Assembly (NCBI GenBank): GCA_000091205.1
Contig: AP006496.2
Strand: one strand, 5' to 3'
DNA: 64,000 bases
Origin: Cyanidioschyzon merolae
Lineage: Eukaryota
The notes beneath the pieces are model-generated. The model had not been told where the DNA came from. It ran no database searches and was given only the letters and a program-made list of their open reading frames with translations. Below, one piece after another: positions 1-10,659 of this stretch. Made by a program: the position numbers and the translations under genes. Position 1 is the first letter of the stretch. Each line of letters begins with the position of its first letter.

Positions 1-1529
1 GAACACTTGCCGTCTTTGCCACTGTACTCTCGTCATCGTCCTGTTGGGCAAACACTGTTCCTGACCCATTTCCCCTCCTCTGCTTCTTTATTTGATCTTC
101 TCCGTTCGGCTTTAGTCGACAAGAGGATTTTTTCGTTCTTTTCCGGCAGTCGGCGATGTCGGGCCTCGAAAATCCTCGGCGTCCATGTCCATACCTTCTC
201 CTTCGGTTTCTTATTTCTTCAAATCAACGCACTTGCTTATGCCCTTAGATGAAGACATTCCCTGCGGGAGAAGGGCTTGCGGACGGCAGACATGGTATGC
301 CCCACTGTGTCGCCGTGTGCTGAACGCTTCAGCGATTCGCCCAGTGCAGCGATTATTGCGTTTCACGATAGAAAACACTCCTTCGATGGCATTGAAGCAC
401 GTAGAGCACCGAGGAAGGAAAAGCAGCTCTATCCCTATAGAACCGGCAAAATCCCGAACGCAAGGGGAATGGTGAAATGTCACCTGACTTCAGGGAGAAG
501 CCTTCAGTGATTTGGCAAAGCGAGTGTGATTGTGTGAGCCTTCTCTACGAGAAAGACTGCGGCCGCCAAAAGAATCCGCTGCATCTAGAATCGATGATGA
601 TTTCCGAGTTATCTTCGAGTTCGATCGGATATTCAACGGGCTCGCTGCTCCTGGACTATCCGAGCACGCTCCGACCGTATCATCCAAAGGAAGTCGCATC
701 GATTGAAGAAACAAACCGACGTCTCTCTGCTGCATATCGATACTACCTATCCAGGCACGTTGTTGTAGTTACGATTTCGGTGGAAGATGGCCGTGCGTGG
801 AACTGGACCCCATTTTTGCGACTGTATCCCAGTATTTTTAGGACAACAGGAACAAGCTATCGAGAAACAGAGACGCCCATGGTGGCTACTTTAGTCGCTT
901 TCGCTTTCAGTAAAGTCATCGACGAGTCATTTTCTACCATTGGCGGCAAGCACGCAATAAGAATACCCGTTTTTGGCGCGGAGCGCATATGCTTCTTTCT
1001 TTCCGTGTTCCTATATCATCTCTGTATTGTTGCATGACTGATCTGAAGGAGAAAAGTAGTCCTCCTTGAGCTGTTCAGTGCAGAATATATCCTACATGCA
1101 ATTCGTCTAGGATATATACAGTACATTCCAGCATGATTTCGATCCCATCCTATACATCGCAGCTGGGTTGGAGCGTAAATGAGTTGAGACACTTTAGGAG
1201 GCAGTACTGACGCGCGCTTCGGTCCCTGCACTTCCCTATTTATCTAGGCTTGTTCCAGATATACAGCCTCGACACTCAACGTGCACCAGTGAGAACTTAC
1301 GGATGCGTACTTATTTTCATGATTCTCCGGCATAGTTTCGGAGTCACTTTTTCGAGGCCTTACTGCTAGAACGCTTTGCGACGCCCTCGAACAAAGATGC
1401 GTGAATTAAGCGATATCGTTAATCAGTAGGTACTTACCAGATTGTACCCCCTTCTTTCCTTACGTGTAGCACCCTCAGATGACGCATGCTCCAAGTTCAC
1501 AGTCGTTCTATTGTAAGGCAACTCGTTGG

Positions 1530-2660
1530 CGCAACAATGCGCGCTGCTGAATTGAAGAGGAGGAGAAATTCTCCACTTCGTCCATGGTCGAGCTCATTGC
1601 ATGCATATGCTTAGAGTTCACTGAAATATTCGTGTGAAATAATGAATCCCGTTTGAGACGCAAATCCTTTCCTCATTGCAACCATAGACAAAACGGCATT
1701 CCACAATAGCGCGACGCCTCTCAACGGATATGTTCTCGGATGCTTCCGTTTCTTTTCTTTGCGTGGTAAAGGGTTCTGGACTCCGGCTTGAGTCATCGTA
1801 GCGATCGCTATTCGTGCAGAGTGCGTTTCCGCTGTATTCGAAATGTGCGTAGGGAGGAGTCGACGTTTCTTGACTTGATCTCGAGTCTAGATTTTCCTCA
1901 TGGTACGTTTTTCACCATGGACAGCATCGCGTCCCATAAACTCTCTTCTGTTCGAAAAACAGCAGAGAACGGAGGGTGAGTCATCATATTCAACCCCATT
2001 TATTCTGCATCTATCAAACCGATAGAGGACGTCATCGGGGCCGTGAAATGAAGCAGATGGAGAGATTTCGAATGGGACAACTGCACCTAGTTATGCTGCG
2101 GACGGATTACCCGGCGAGGGGATCGTCCAGAAGAAGCCCACGATCGAAGAGCACGACACCAGGCGTGAATACCAAGGGGCTCATCGCGAGGAGCCCTCTT
2201 TACCCGCCGAGGGCCTGTACCAAGCGATGAAGCAAGCATTCACGCGTCACGTGACGGTCCTCAGAGGAGGAGAAGGTCCAAATGATATATAGGAACACCT
2301 TAGCAGGTTCAAGGGCGCCCGTACGCGGGACGCACCGAGCCTGCACACAGAGAAGATGAAAATAGGAAGCGAAACGAAGATCGCATCTTGGGCCAGTCCA
2401 TTTCATCGTTCGACAGCAACTCGGAATCTAGAAATCAGATCTTGAACGCTGCCACCGATACCCTTCGACTGCTGACAACGCTGCTGGAGGGAAAGGAAAG
2501 ACCGGCGTATTTAAAGCCAAAGGTCAGCGAAGCGGAAAGGAGGCTGTCGCAGAATTATCCCCCAACGACTAATGTTCGTGGCAATGGGAAGAGACCCAAA
2601 ATTTAGTTTCTACACCCGAGTCAGCTGACTGGACCGGTTCCACTTTATTCTGAAATAGGT
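1530..2660 (+). mobile_element. Miniature, internally deleted TnpB/Fanzor-like derivative (family 2, copy a)
   Basis: 5-prime block caacaatgcgcgctgctgaattgaag, shared with the other family-2 copies. Mid block ...gacaaaacggcattccacaatagc. 3-prime remnant RNQILNAATDTLRLL (degenerate D-x-NAA-x-NIL RuvC-III motif) at about 2430. Conserved tail ...gtggcaatgggaagagacccaaaatttag...tacacccgagtcag...ttattctgaaatagg ending at about 2655. Confidence 0.6.
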
Positions 2661-2859
2661 GTGAAGCGATGCTCACTTTGGATGAAGTTTAAGGAAACTG
2701 ACCGCTCGTTGCGTCGGGGCGATGGATCTTTGTCGACGCCTTCCACGACCGAAAAACCAACCAAGCCCACAACCACTGCTTCAATGAATAGCGCAACGAA
2801 CGCTCTGCAATCAGCAATTCAAAGAACACCACACCTCATCCGTCACTACATAGAGAAAC

Positions 2860-4287
2860 TCACTGTCCACATCCCGGAACAGAGGGCGCGAAGCCTATGG
2901 ACGAATTCTCGCGATTAAAGACAGTTGTAAAACGCCGGAGGACAAGGTCGCCAATCACAACAAGTGCACCTGTGGGCGAGAGAACCTCTAGGCCCAAGCA
3001 ATAGTACAGCTCTCCAGCGAGTTCCACTCTTATTAGATATGTGTCGCGCGAGATGTTCAGCGTCGCGTCACTGTCGAATCTTATTGTTATGTCCGGGAAA
3101 CTACGGTATGCGGCATCCGAGAGGAGCGTACAGCTAGGTGCCTCCGACCAGAACCTGCTATGGCACAGGTGGGCGTCAGCTGCACAGACAACTGACTTGA
3201 TTTCCTGAATCACTTTGGTGAATGCTTCGCCACCTAACGCCATAAGCGTTGTGCCAGAGTCGAAGACCACTGGATCGGCATATGAGCGCAAGTTGGATCC
3301 ATTTGGGCCAACACGGAACTCCTTGACGCTGGCTGCATAATATGGGACAAGGCTCCGAGGAAGATACCGTACCCAAGAGTAGGGTCCCCGTCGAAAACGC
3401 GTGTCCGCCTCTGCGCCGAGAATGAGAGCGCCACCGGTATCCGATAGGCAAATACTAAAGATATTCCTCGCAACCACGCCCTCCTCGAACATGATGTCGA
3501 ACAGCGGTTTCGGGCATGATGGAGAGCATGCTGCTTCCTGGAATGCGAGCCCCCAAATGCCACCCACATTGCGCCGTTCGAACGTTGGAGAGTCATACAA
3601 AATCGCCGTGTAAAATGCTTTTCGAACGCTCAGCCCTGCACCGGGCAAACTCACAGGGCCTTGATGCAACGCTCCAAACACGTAGGAACCGTCCGCATAC
3701 GACAATATCATGCCGCAGCTTTCAGGATCAAGAAACGAGCAGCATGCTTCGTTCCTGCGAGAGCATGCTCCACAGAGCGCGCTGCAAGTCCCCGATAGAC
3801 ACACGCTGGAGTCGCTGCAGGGAACCCTGGTGGCATTCCAGTCCGATAATCGTATAATGCCGTCACTCCGCGGACAGTCTAGGCATCGTGACACTGCGAA
3901 GGCCAGGTTGGCGCTCCCCGTGTCAATCTGAACGCCAATCTCCTGACCATCTACACCCAACCGGGCGTAGTATTCACCAAGTGGAAGAAGCTCGCCGTGT
4001 AGCGGCTCAACGGCGCCAGCGCGGAATACCGCAGCCGCAGAGGCCCGCTGCACCGCTGGAGCAAAGTTCGCTCCGCCTGCACTCGAACCAAGCGCACCCT
4101 CGAGCCCGGCCCGCACGTGCTGGTACTTGAGCAAAGCGGGCCGCACTTCGGCAACTTTCTGGTGGCGTTTCTCGAGGGGTAGCACCCGTGTTGCTGCAGC
4201 GGCCGCAAGAGTCAGCGCCTCACAGAGCATCACTGCCCATAAGAGAACGGCCAACACCAGCCGCACAGCGCTACTAGTCAAGTGCAT
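2860..4287 (-). CDS. Pepsin-like (A1 family) aspartic protease, secreted or vacuolar
   Basis: Both catalytic motifs are present: VQIDTGSANLAF (DTGS) and VVFDSGTTLMAL (DSGT), with the conserved flap and Cys-rich regions. The track ORF 2860..4464 was trimmed to the in-frame ATG (cat at 4285-4287), which precedes a hydrophobic signal peptide MHLTSSAVRLVLAVLLWAVML. Confidence 0.8.
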   Translation of the reverse strand: MHLTSSAVRLVLAVLLWAVMLCEALTLAAAAATRVLPLEKRHQKVAEVRPALLKYQHVRAGLEGALGSSAGGANFAPAVQRASAAAVFRAGAVEPLHGELLPLGEYYARLGVDGQEIGVQIDTGSANLAFAVSRCLDCPRSDGIIRLSDWNATRVPCSDSSVCLSGTCSALCGACSRRNEACCSFLDPESCGMILSYADGSYVFGALHQGPVSLPGAGLSVRKAFYTAILYDSPTFERRNVGGIWGLAFQEAACSPSCPKPLFDIMFEEGVVARNIFSICLSDTGGALILGAEADTRFRRGPYSWVRYLPRSLVPYYAASVKEFRVGPNGSNLRSYADPVVFDSGTTLMALGGEAFTKVIQEIKSVVCAADAHLCHSRFWSEAPSCTLLSDAAYRSFPDITIRFDSDATLNISRDTYLIRVELAGELYYCLGLEVLSPTGALVVIGDLVLRRFTTVFNRENSSIGFAPSVPGCGQ

Positions 4288-4765
4288 GATAACTGATGCA
4301 GAGAGGCTTAAGTTCAGAAAGCTATGACGCCCAGTAACGTGAAGCGTCACGATGAAGCAATCGTATGAGAGAAAATACAGTATGCTACATCGGCGAGATG
4401 CGCTGAATCCGGCACTTGTGGCGCACACTATACGACCAGATTTGTATTGCTGCTGCAGAATCACTGTAGGCGTGCTGGTGATCCGCGGCGAGGGCGTCAG
4501 GGCATGATCACCTTTTGAGAAAACTATGTAATCAAATGTATCAAGCGGACAGGTGCAAATCGATCACAGACAGCATCCTAGGAGCCTCTAGTTTGATGCG
4601 ATTCCCTTTCTGAACATTTATGGAGTCTCCTGTACTAAACGAACCCAGCCTCAGAGCGCTCCGATCGCATTCCGAGGAGGCATTCCAGCTGACTGCGGAC
4701 GTAAAAGCAGGTATATTGCCGCACTGTATGCACATTCGTCGCTGTTTCTGACTCAGAGGCTGCGG

Positions 4766-5695
4766 ATGGGAACTGCACACGAGTCACTTGTTGTCGCAAC
4801 CTGGGAGTTCTCGCAAAGCGGAGTCGAAAGCTGTTTTGACTGCCTTCGGAAAGGTGGAAAACCGCTCGACGCAGTTGAAACTGGCATACACGTTGTAGAA
4901 CTCGAACCGACTGTGACCTCAGTCGGATACGGAGGCCTGCCGAACGCGAACGGCGAACTAGAGCTCGACGCAGCCATCACGGACGGTGCCCACTTCGGGG
5001 CTGTGTTTGCTTTGAGGGGATATCGCAGCGCGATCGGGATCGCTCGGGGAGTTCTGGAGCGCAGCGAGCATACGGCACTAGCGGGCAACGGCGCTGTGAA
5101 CTTTGCCCAGGAAGTTCTCGGTGAAGCACCCTTGCCCGATTCGGAGCTGCTAACCGAACACGCTCGACGCCGTCTGGCGGAATACCGAGCCGGCAGGTTC
5201 CAAGGACGGCCCAATGAATCGCATGACACCGTAGGGATGATAGCGGCTCAAAGCACAGGTGATATTGCCGCCGGCTGCGCCACTTCGGGATACCCGTTCA
5301 AGCGACCCGGCCGAGTGGGCGACTCACCGCTACCCGGCGGCGGACTTTTCTGTGAATCGGGGCTGGGGGCGGCGGTAGCTACTGGTGATGGTGACGACCT
5401 CATGCGTCTGTGCCCGACGCATCTCATTGTCGAACTCATGCGAAATGGACAGAGTCCCCAGCGCGCATGTGAAGAGGCCGTTCAGCGGGTCATGAGATAC
5501 CGTGAGCAGACAGGTCGAGATTGCCGTGGCGCGTTCATTGCCGTGCGCTGTGATGCCCTCGCTTGGGGTGCACATGCGACGCACGAAGGCTTCGTGGTTG
5601 CCCATGCCGATGGTCGACGCATGGATCAATCATTGCTTATACCTGTTGAGGTACCCGAAGCGAGGAACAAGCCCTGGCGACGCGTCTGTGTCTAG
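4766..5695 (+). CDS. Isoaspartyl peptidase / L-asparaginase (Ntn-hydrolase, plant-type asparaginase family)
   Basis: The autoproteolytic and nucleophile motif HDTVGMIA is present. GRVGDSPLPGGG and GDGDDLMRL blocks are typical of asparaginase_2 / glycosylasparaginase. The start is a true ATG at 4766. The last ~20 codons lie inside a 93-bp tandem repeat. Confidence 0.8.
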   Translation: MGTAHESLVVATWEFSQSGVESCFDCLRKGGKPLDAVETGIHVVELEPTVTSVGYGGLPNANGELELDAAITDGAHFGAVFALRGYRSAIGIARGVLERSEHTALAGNGAVNFAQEVLGEAPLPDSELLTEHARRRLAEYRAGRFQGRPNESHDTVGMIAAQSTGDIAAGCATSGYPFKRPGRVGDSPLPGGGLFCESGLGAAVATGDGDDLMRLCPTHLIVELMRNGQSPQRACEEAVQRVMRYREQTGRDCRGAFIAVRCDALAWGAHATHEGFVVAHADGRRMDQSLLIPVEVPEARNKPWRRVCV

Positions 5696-5900
5696 GCTTG
5701 CCGATGGTCGACACATGAATCCTGCATTGCTTGTATCTGTTAAAGTACCCGAGGCGAGGAACAAGCCCTGGCGACGCGTCTGTGTCTGGGCTTGCGGATG
5801 GTCGACACGTGAATCATGCATTGCTTGTACCTGTTGAAGTACCCGAGGCGAGGAACAAGCCCTGGCGACGCATTTGTGTCTAGGTTTGAGCCGCGTAATG
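5631..5900. repeat. Tandem repeat, about 93-bp unit x about 2.9 copies
   Basis: Units begin at about 5631, 5725 and 5817 (cattgcttatacctgttgaggtacccgaagcgaggaacaagccctggcgacgcgtctgtgtctaggcttgccgatggtcgacacatgaatc...). They are about 90 percent identical. The first unit contains the asparaginase stop codon. Confidence 0.85.
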
Positions 5901-6785
5901 TGGGGTCAGTATCTTTCATGGTGCAAGATCGATGCATCAAACCTGAATCCTAAGCTGCATGAGAATTATCTGCAACCGAAAACAGGAGCTCCGTTCATGT
6001 ATGTATGCTTCCACGTTGCGCACGCAGCAAAGCAGTCGTACAGCTCGGAACAGAGAATGGGTCCGTCCAGAGATCATTCCGGTGCGTCTGCAAGCGTAGG
6101 TGCTCACTGCACCGCCGGAAACACGAACGATGCTGTCGCGTTTTAGAGACAGAACGGCCTTTCGTCGCCATGACGGGCGTCGACTCAAAGCATGTGGCGT
6201 CGATGCATCTGTGACGCAATGCTGCCGCATACAATCATTCTCTCGAGGGTTCCGTGCTTTGCTGTGTGCTTCCTTCTGTAAAGCGTTCAGAATATGCATG
6301 GCATCTCGCGATATACCGGTGGACTTTTTCAGCAACACTTCGAGAGCGCCGTTCCGCCTGATGGAGCGGCAGCTCACAATTTGCACACGGGACGCTCACA
6401 CGAGAATTACGACGTTCATGAACTCAGAAGCGCGAGCATCCGATCAACCGCGAAAACCCTACGTTTACAAGCGCGTTGTTCCCTAAGGAATTGATCCGCT
6501 GAGTTTGGCACAGATGGCTCCGCCAAAGTTTATTCATCGCTTCTACGGACTAGCCTCTGCGAGTGTGTTATATTAAAAGGCTAGGTGGCGTGATTTATGA
6601 TCCAAATGCGTCACAGGAACGTCCTGTAATGAGGACGACTCTGCATCCTGTGCGGAAACGCGGCACGCGCTTCTGCATGAGGCACTATTCGTGCACGTTG
6701 CCCGCGCACGTGTCGTCTCGAAAAGGCCACCCTGACGCTGAGACGAGCATGTGGCAACGGCGGGAGCGGCACGCACCACCCATCC

Positions 6786-7412
6786 TCATACCTTGCGCAG
6801 AATGGATGACGGATATCCCGACGGAGCTTTCAATACTGCTCGAGCGTAGAGCGCTCCACTGAGAACGGTGGTGGACCCCACGACCCAGCAGAGCGCCTGC
6901 AGAACAGGGTCGTCATCACCGGTACCCATTGCTGCTCCCAAACTCGCATACGAGATGGTGCAGAACTGCCCGAAAGTATTCAGCTTGCTGATAAACAGCG
7001 GCGCTACTCGATATGGCCAGGCGTCGCTGCTCTGCGAACGCGCAGGTTGCCCAACTGCGGCGTCCCGACGACGCGCTTCACGATAGAGCTTCACTGCAAA
7101 GTAGGCTCCACCCAGGATGAGGAGCGAGTCTCGAGCCAGAAACACACCGACAAGCCCAAGCGGGAGGACACCCTTCGCACTCAGGGCAGCAGCCGTTGCA
7201 TTGATCACTACTTTGTCCGCCACGGGGTCGAGTATGGACCCCAGCGTCGTCACCTTTTGGTACTTTCTGGCCAAGTATCCGTCCAGAACGTCGCTAACAC
7301 CTGCTGCTGCTACGGCCAAGGCAGCTATACTATAGTAATCGTTTACTATTAGGCCCCCAATAACAGGCGCCGTCACAAGTCGAGCCAGAGAAACCAGGTT
7401 TGCGGCGTGCAT
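6786..7412 (-). CDS. CDP-alcohol phosphatidyltransferase, cardiolipin-synthase-like (eukaryotic CLS type)
   Basis: CDP-OH phosphotransferase motif DGYLARKYQKVTTLGSILDPVADKV (D-G-x2-A-R...G-x3-D-x3-D). The N-terminus NLVSLARLVTAPVIGGL resembles the CRLS1 start. ATG verified at 7410-7412. Confidence 0.8.
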   Translation of the reverse strand: MHAANLVSLARLVTAPVIGGLIVNDYYSIAALAVAAAGVSDVLDGYLARKYQKVTTLGSILDPVADKVVINATAAALSAKGVLPLGLVGVFLARDSLLILGGAYFAVKLYREARRRDAAVGQPARSQSSDAWPYRVAPLFISKLNTFGQFCTISYASLGAAMGTGDDDPVLQALCWVVGSTTVLSGALYARAVLKAPSGYPSSILRKV

Positions 7413-7454
7413 GGCAAGAGCTTCGAACGATAGCTATCCGCGTTCGGGATCGCA

Positions 7455-7880
7455 CGTGGAATAGAAATGCCGTGTAGATGCTTCGATAATAGGCGATACT
7501 TTGGAGGATCCGTTGTCGATGCATCGATAATGAGCGATGCTTTGAAGGATGCCGTGTAGGTGCTTCGATAATAGGCGATACTTTGGAGGATCCGTTGTCG
7601 ATGCATCGATAATGAGCGATGCTTTGAAGGATGCCGTGTAGGTGCTTCGATAATAGGCGATACTTTGGAGGATCCGTTGTCGATGCATCGATTATGAGCG
7701 ATGCTTTGAAGGATGCAGTATAGATGCTTCGATAATAGGCGATACTTTGGAGGATCCGTTGTCGATGCATCGATAATGAGCGATGCTTTGAAGGATGCAG
7801 TATAGATGCTTCGATAATAGGCGATACTTTGGAGGATCCGTTGTCGATGCATCGATAATGAGCGATGCTTTGAAGGATGC
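7455..7880. repeat. 82-bp minisatellite, about 5 copies, plus a degenerate relic at about 7960-8035
   Basis: The string cttcgataat recurs at 7481, 7563 and 7645 (period 82). The unit is gcttcgataataggcgatactttggaggatccgttgtcgatgcatcgataatgagcgatgctttgaaggatgccgtgtaggt. It is rich in ATCGAT and ATGCAT palindromes. Every frame on both strands is open across it, so the track ORFs 7330..8055, 7373..7939 and 7692..8042 are repeat artefacts. Confidence 0.9.
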
Positions 7881-10659
7881 TGGAATCTGGAGGGAAACAG
7901 CTTGCTCTGCCGTGCTTGGTGCCCACAGAAGTTCCGCATGGAACAGAACTGCCGTGCCGATACATCGATTGCGAGCGACGCTTTGAGGGATTATGTGCGG
8001 TTTTATGGTGTAATGTCGATGCATCGAAACAAGCATATCCAAAAGTCCTGTTCAAGGGCTGGAAGCATCAGACTCCAGCAGCGAGGTCGCTACAGCAGCA
8101 ACGAGCGTTATCTCTTTGGCAATATCGCAGAGAGAGCAGGGTGTTACCTAGTATGTTCTCCTCAGCAAAAGGTGTGGCCAACTGTTGCTGGGCTCTATAT
8201 AATGCCCTGAGCACATGGTGAACTCGCGTCTCGCCACAGGAGGCACTTTCTTGAATGTCTTGGTTTTCGTATGACACGTTAAGGCTGGCAAGTTTCGCTG
8301 TAGTACATCAACTTTCGACCCCCTTTAGTCTCCACGCGAGCGTTCCGAGTCCACCATAGGGAGCTACGATGCGAATAGGTCGTACGACTCCTGTCCAATG
8401 CTGTAGGATGGAGGGACCTCTGTTAGAACGCCGCCGAAGACTCCCATACGACCTCTTAACAAGGGACGTTGACAGCACCGTGGTTGGAGCGCGACGACTG
8501 TCAGAGCACCAACGGTGTTCTTCATTGAGAAGTTGCAGAACAAGTTCAGCACCGCAGTATTCACAGAGAGTGCTCGACGAGCTCTGTCAAGGACGCTTCT
8601 CCACTCGGAACTGATGCACTGGGCTGGCCGCCGCTAGCACGGTCCGAGCGGCACGGGCATCTGTGCAAGCCGCTCGATCCAACAATCCTACACTACAAAA
8701 CATGCAATCTGTACGCTTACGTCATCCGTAGAAGGCACCAGACCGCGCCTTGAAATGCTGTCCTATGTGGTGACTCACTCGCACATTTTGCCAGCAACAA
8801 GGCGGCTCCGATGCATGTAGTGAATCCGCTCAATGAGGACACTTCGATGGTGTTCGCTGGCCCTTGTATGCAGGTAAGCGTGCAGCTCGAAATGGAAGCC
8901 TTTCCCTGCCGGTCTGTGAACATGATAGCTCAATGCATACGCCATCGATTTCAGGAGGATATTGCAAATCGGCTACAGGAACGGCATCGCGAACCCAAGG
9001 AGCAACAGGCGGGTCAGTATGACCGGAAACAGCAGCGCACGTCCATGGCCCTCCTCCCGGGAGCGCTGGACTGTTTAGAGGTGGGATTTTCGCCTCGCGT
9101 TTATTCTGCCGTGGGTCTTTCCAATAGTTGTGCCGCTATCTTGTCTTTACCGCGCAGTATAGAGCGAAACTATGCGCGCCCGGCAGGGTTACTATACAGG
9201 TTGGGTCGTTCGCACTCACCTGGGTATGCGTTGCCTACACAAAGTACGGAGCGCATCCACGAGTGTCTCCGAAGCGGGTGCCGCAGTTCGTTTTTTTCGA
9301 ACGGCATTGCAAGTATCCTGTGCTTCATCCGATCGAAAGCACCATCCGCGAACACCTTGTGATACTGGTCTCTATCACTCAACCGATCAGTTCCATACGG
9401 AAGCGCTGTATAAAAATCAGCGCGAACAGCGTCTGGGGTTCAAAGTCGTTAAAGGGTCGGCCCCTCTCAAAAATTCACTGAATGACTGCAGCTCAATGAA
9501 TCTGACTGAGTTTTCAGTTGCCTACGACCAGAGCGCAAGCAGGTCTTTCACAGTGACGAGCGTGCTGTTTCCAAAACCATCAAGGATCATCTTGTGGATT
9601 CTTTCTTCCCCGGGAGGCCGTCGAGCGGAAACTGTGGAGCGTTGCTTTAGCGATGCGTGGGTATTCCCAAAGGAACACGTACCACCATACCAGAATAAGC
9701 ACTGATGTGATTATCGCTGAGTATGGACGGAATGGTAACAGGCACCAAGAAAATGTGATGCAAGCTTCACCAAAAAGCAAAATAGTCCACGGCTGGCACC
9801 AGGGAGGTTTCAGTGCTCGGTAAACTTGCAGAGCATCCTGAGCAGCTGCACGAACTGTGCGACGCCGGAGCGGAGGTTCACGTAGCTGCAAATGTAGGTG
9901 GGTAGAGCCCCGTGACTTGCCACGGCACCTCAGAGACAGCCGCTTTACAGGACATCTCAGCCGTTTTAGGCGGGCACAAGCCTTTGGAACATATGAGGTT
10001 CGGTGAGCCGCACAGTCTGCAACAGCGAACCCGAAAAACAGCGTCCACGGCATGCTTTCACAGCGCACTATCTGGCTGCCTTCCGGAGCGAATGGAAGCC
10101 CTGAGTACTCAATTCGAGTACTGTTCCCACTTCTGTTCCCAGCTTGTCTGACAAAGCCAAGAACGCCTCCTGTAACGCATTCAACGAGCAAGGTAAATGC
10201 TCCAACGCTTCGGAGCGAGGCAGGACGTGCTCCTCAAACGCTTTTTTTCACCTAAAGCTAGTGGAGCTCGTCGAGTGAAATTATGCTCTACAGCGGCAGC
10301 GTCTACGCCGCTGTAAACCTTAAAATAAACCGACCTCTGTGGTTAACAGGTTTCGCTTACGTAAAGATGCACAGGCAAGCGCAGCGTCCCGAAGCAAAAA
10401 CGTTCCAGAACTCTAATATATGCTCAGCAGTTGTTGGTATCGGATGGATCCTGCCGTAGTGCAAGCAGTCCGCACTTTGGGATTCTTTGATCGCGGCCTC
10501 AGTGTCCGAAGTGACGCTGGACCGAATCTTTTCTCTTCAAGCAGCACATAATCGAGTAGTGAACATGTTCCATAGCTAGTCTGTCTGCAGCCGCGCTGTC
10601 TGCATTCGACACGACTCGGGCAGAAAGCCTCTACACCTATGTCAGAGTACAACAGAACA

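Noticed and set aside
7455-7880. A CRISPR array was considered for the regularly spaced direct repeats (82-bp, 93-bp and 96-bp arrays)
   Set aside because: The units are contiguous with no unique spacers. They are far longer than CRISPR repeats, and the host is eukaryotic.
7330-8055. Several long ORFs on both strands across 7330-8055 (e.g. 241 aa, 188 aa, 116 aa) with internally repeated peptides
   Set aside because: They coincide exactly with the 82-bp minisatellite. All six frames are open there and the peptides simply repeat with the DNA unit. This is a repeat artefact, not a gene.
9580-10191. 203-aa minus-strand ORF with a hydrophobic C-terminal stretch (ILLFGEACITFSWCLLPF...LILVWWYVFLWEY)
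   Set aside because: The N-terminal two thirds are Arg-rich low-complexity sequence with no start context. No family could be assigned, so it is too weak to call a gene.
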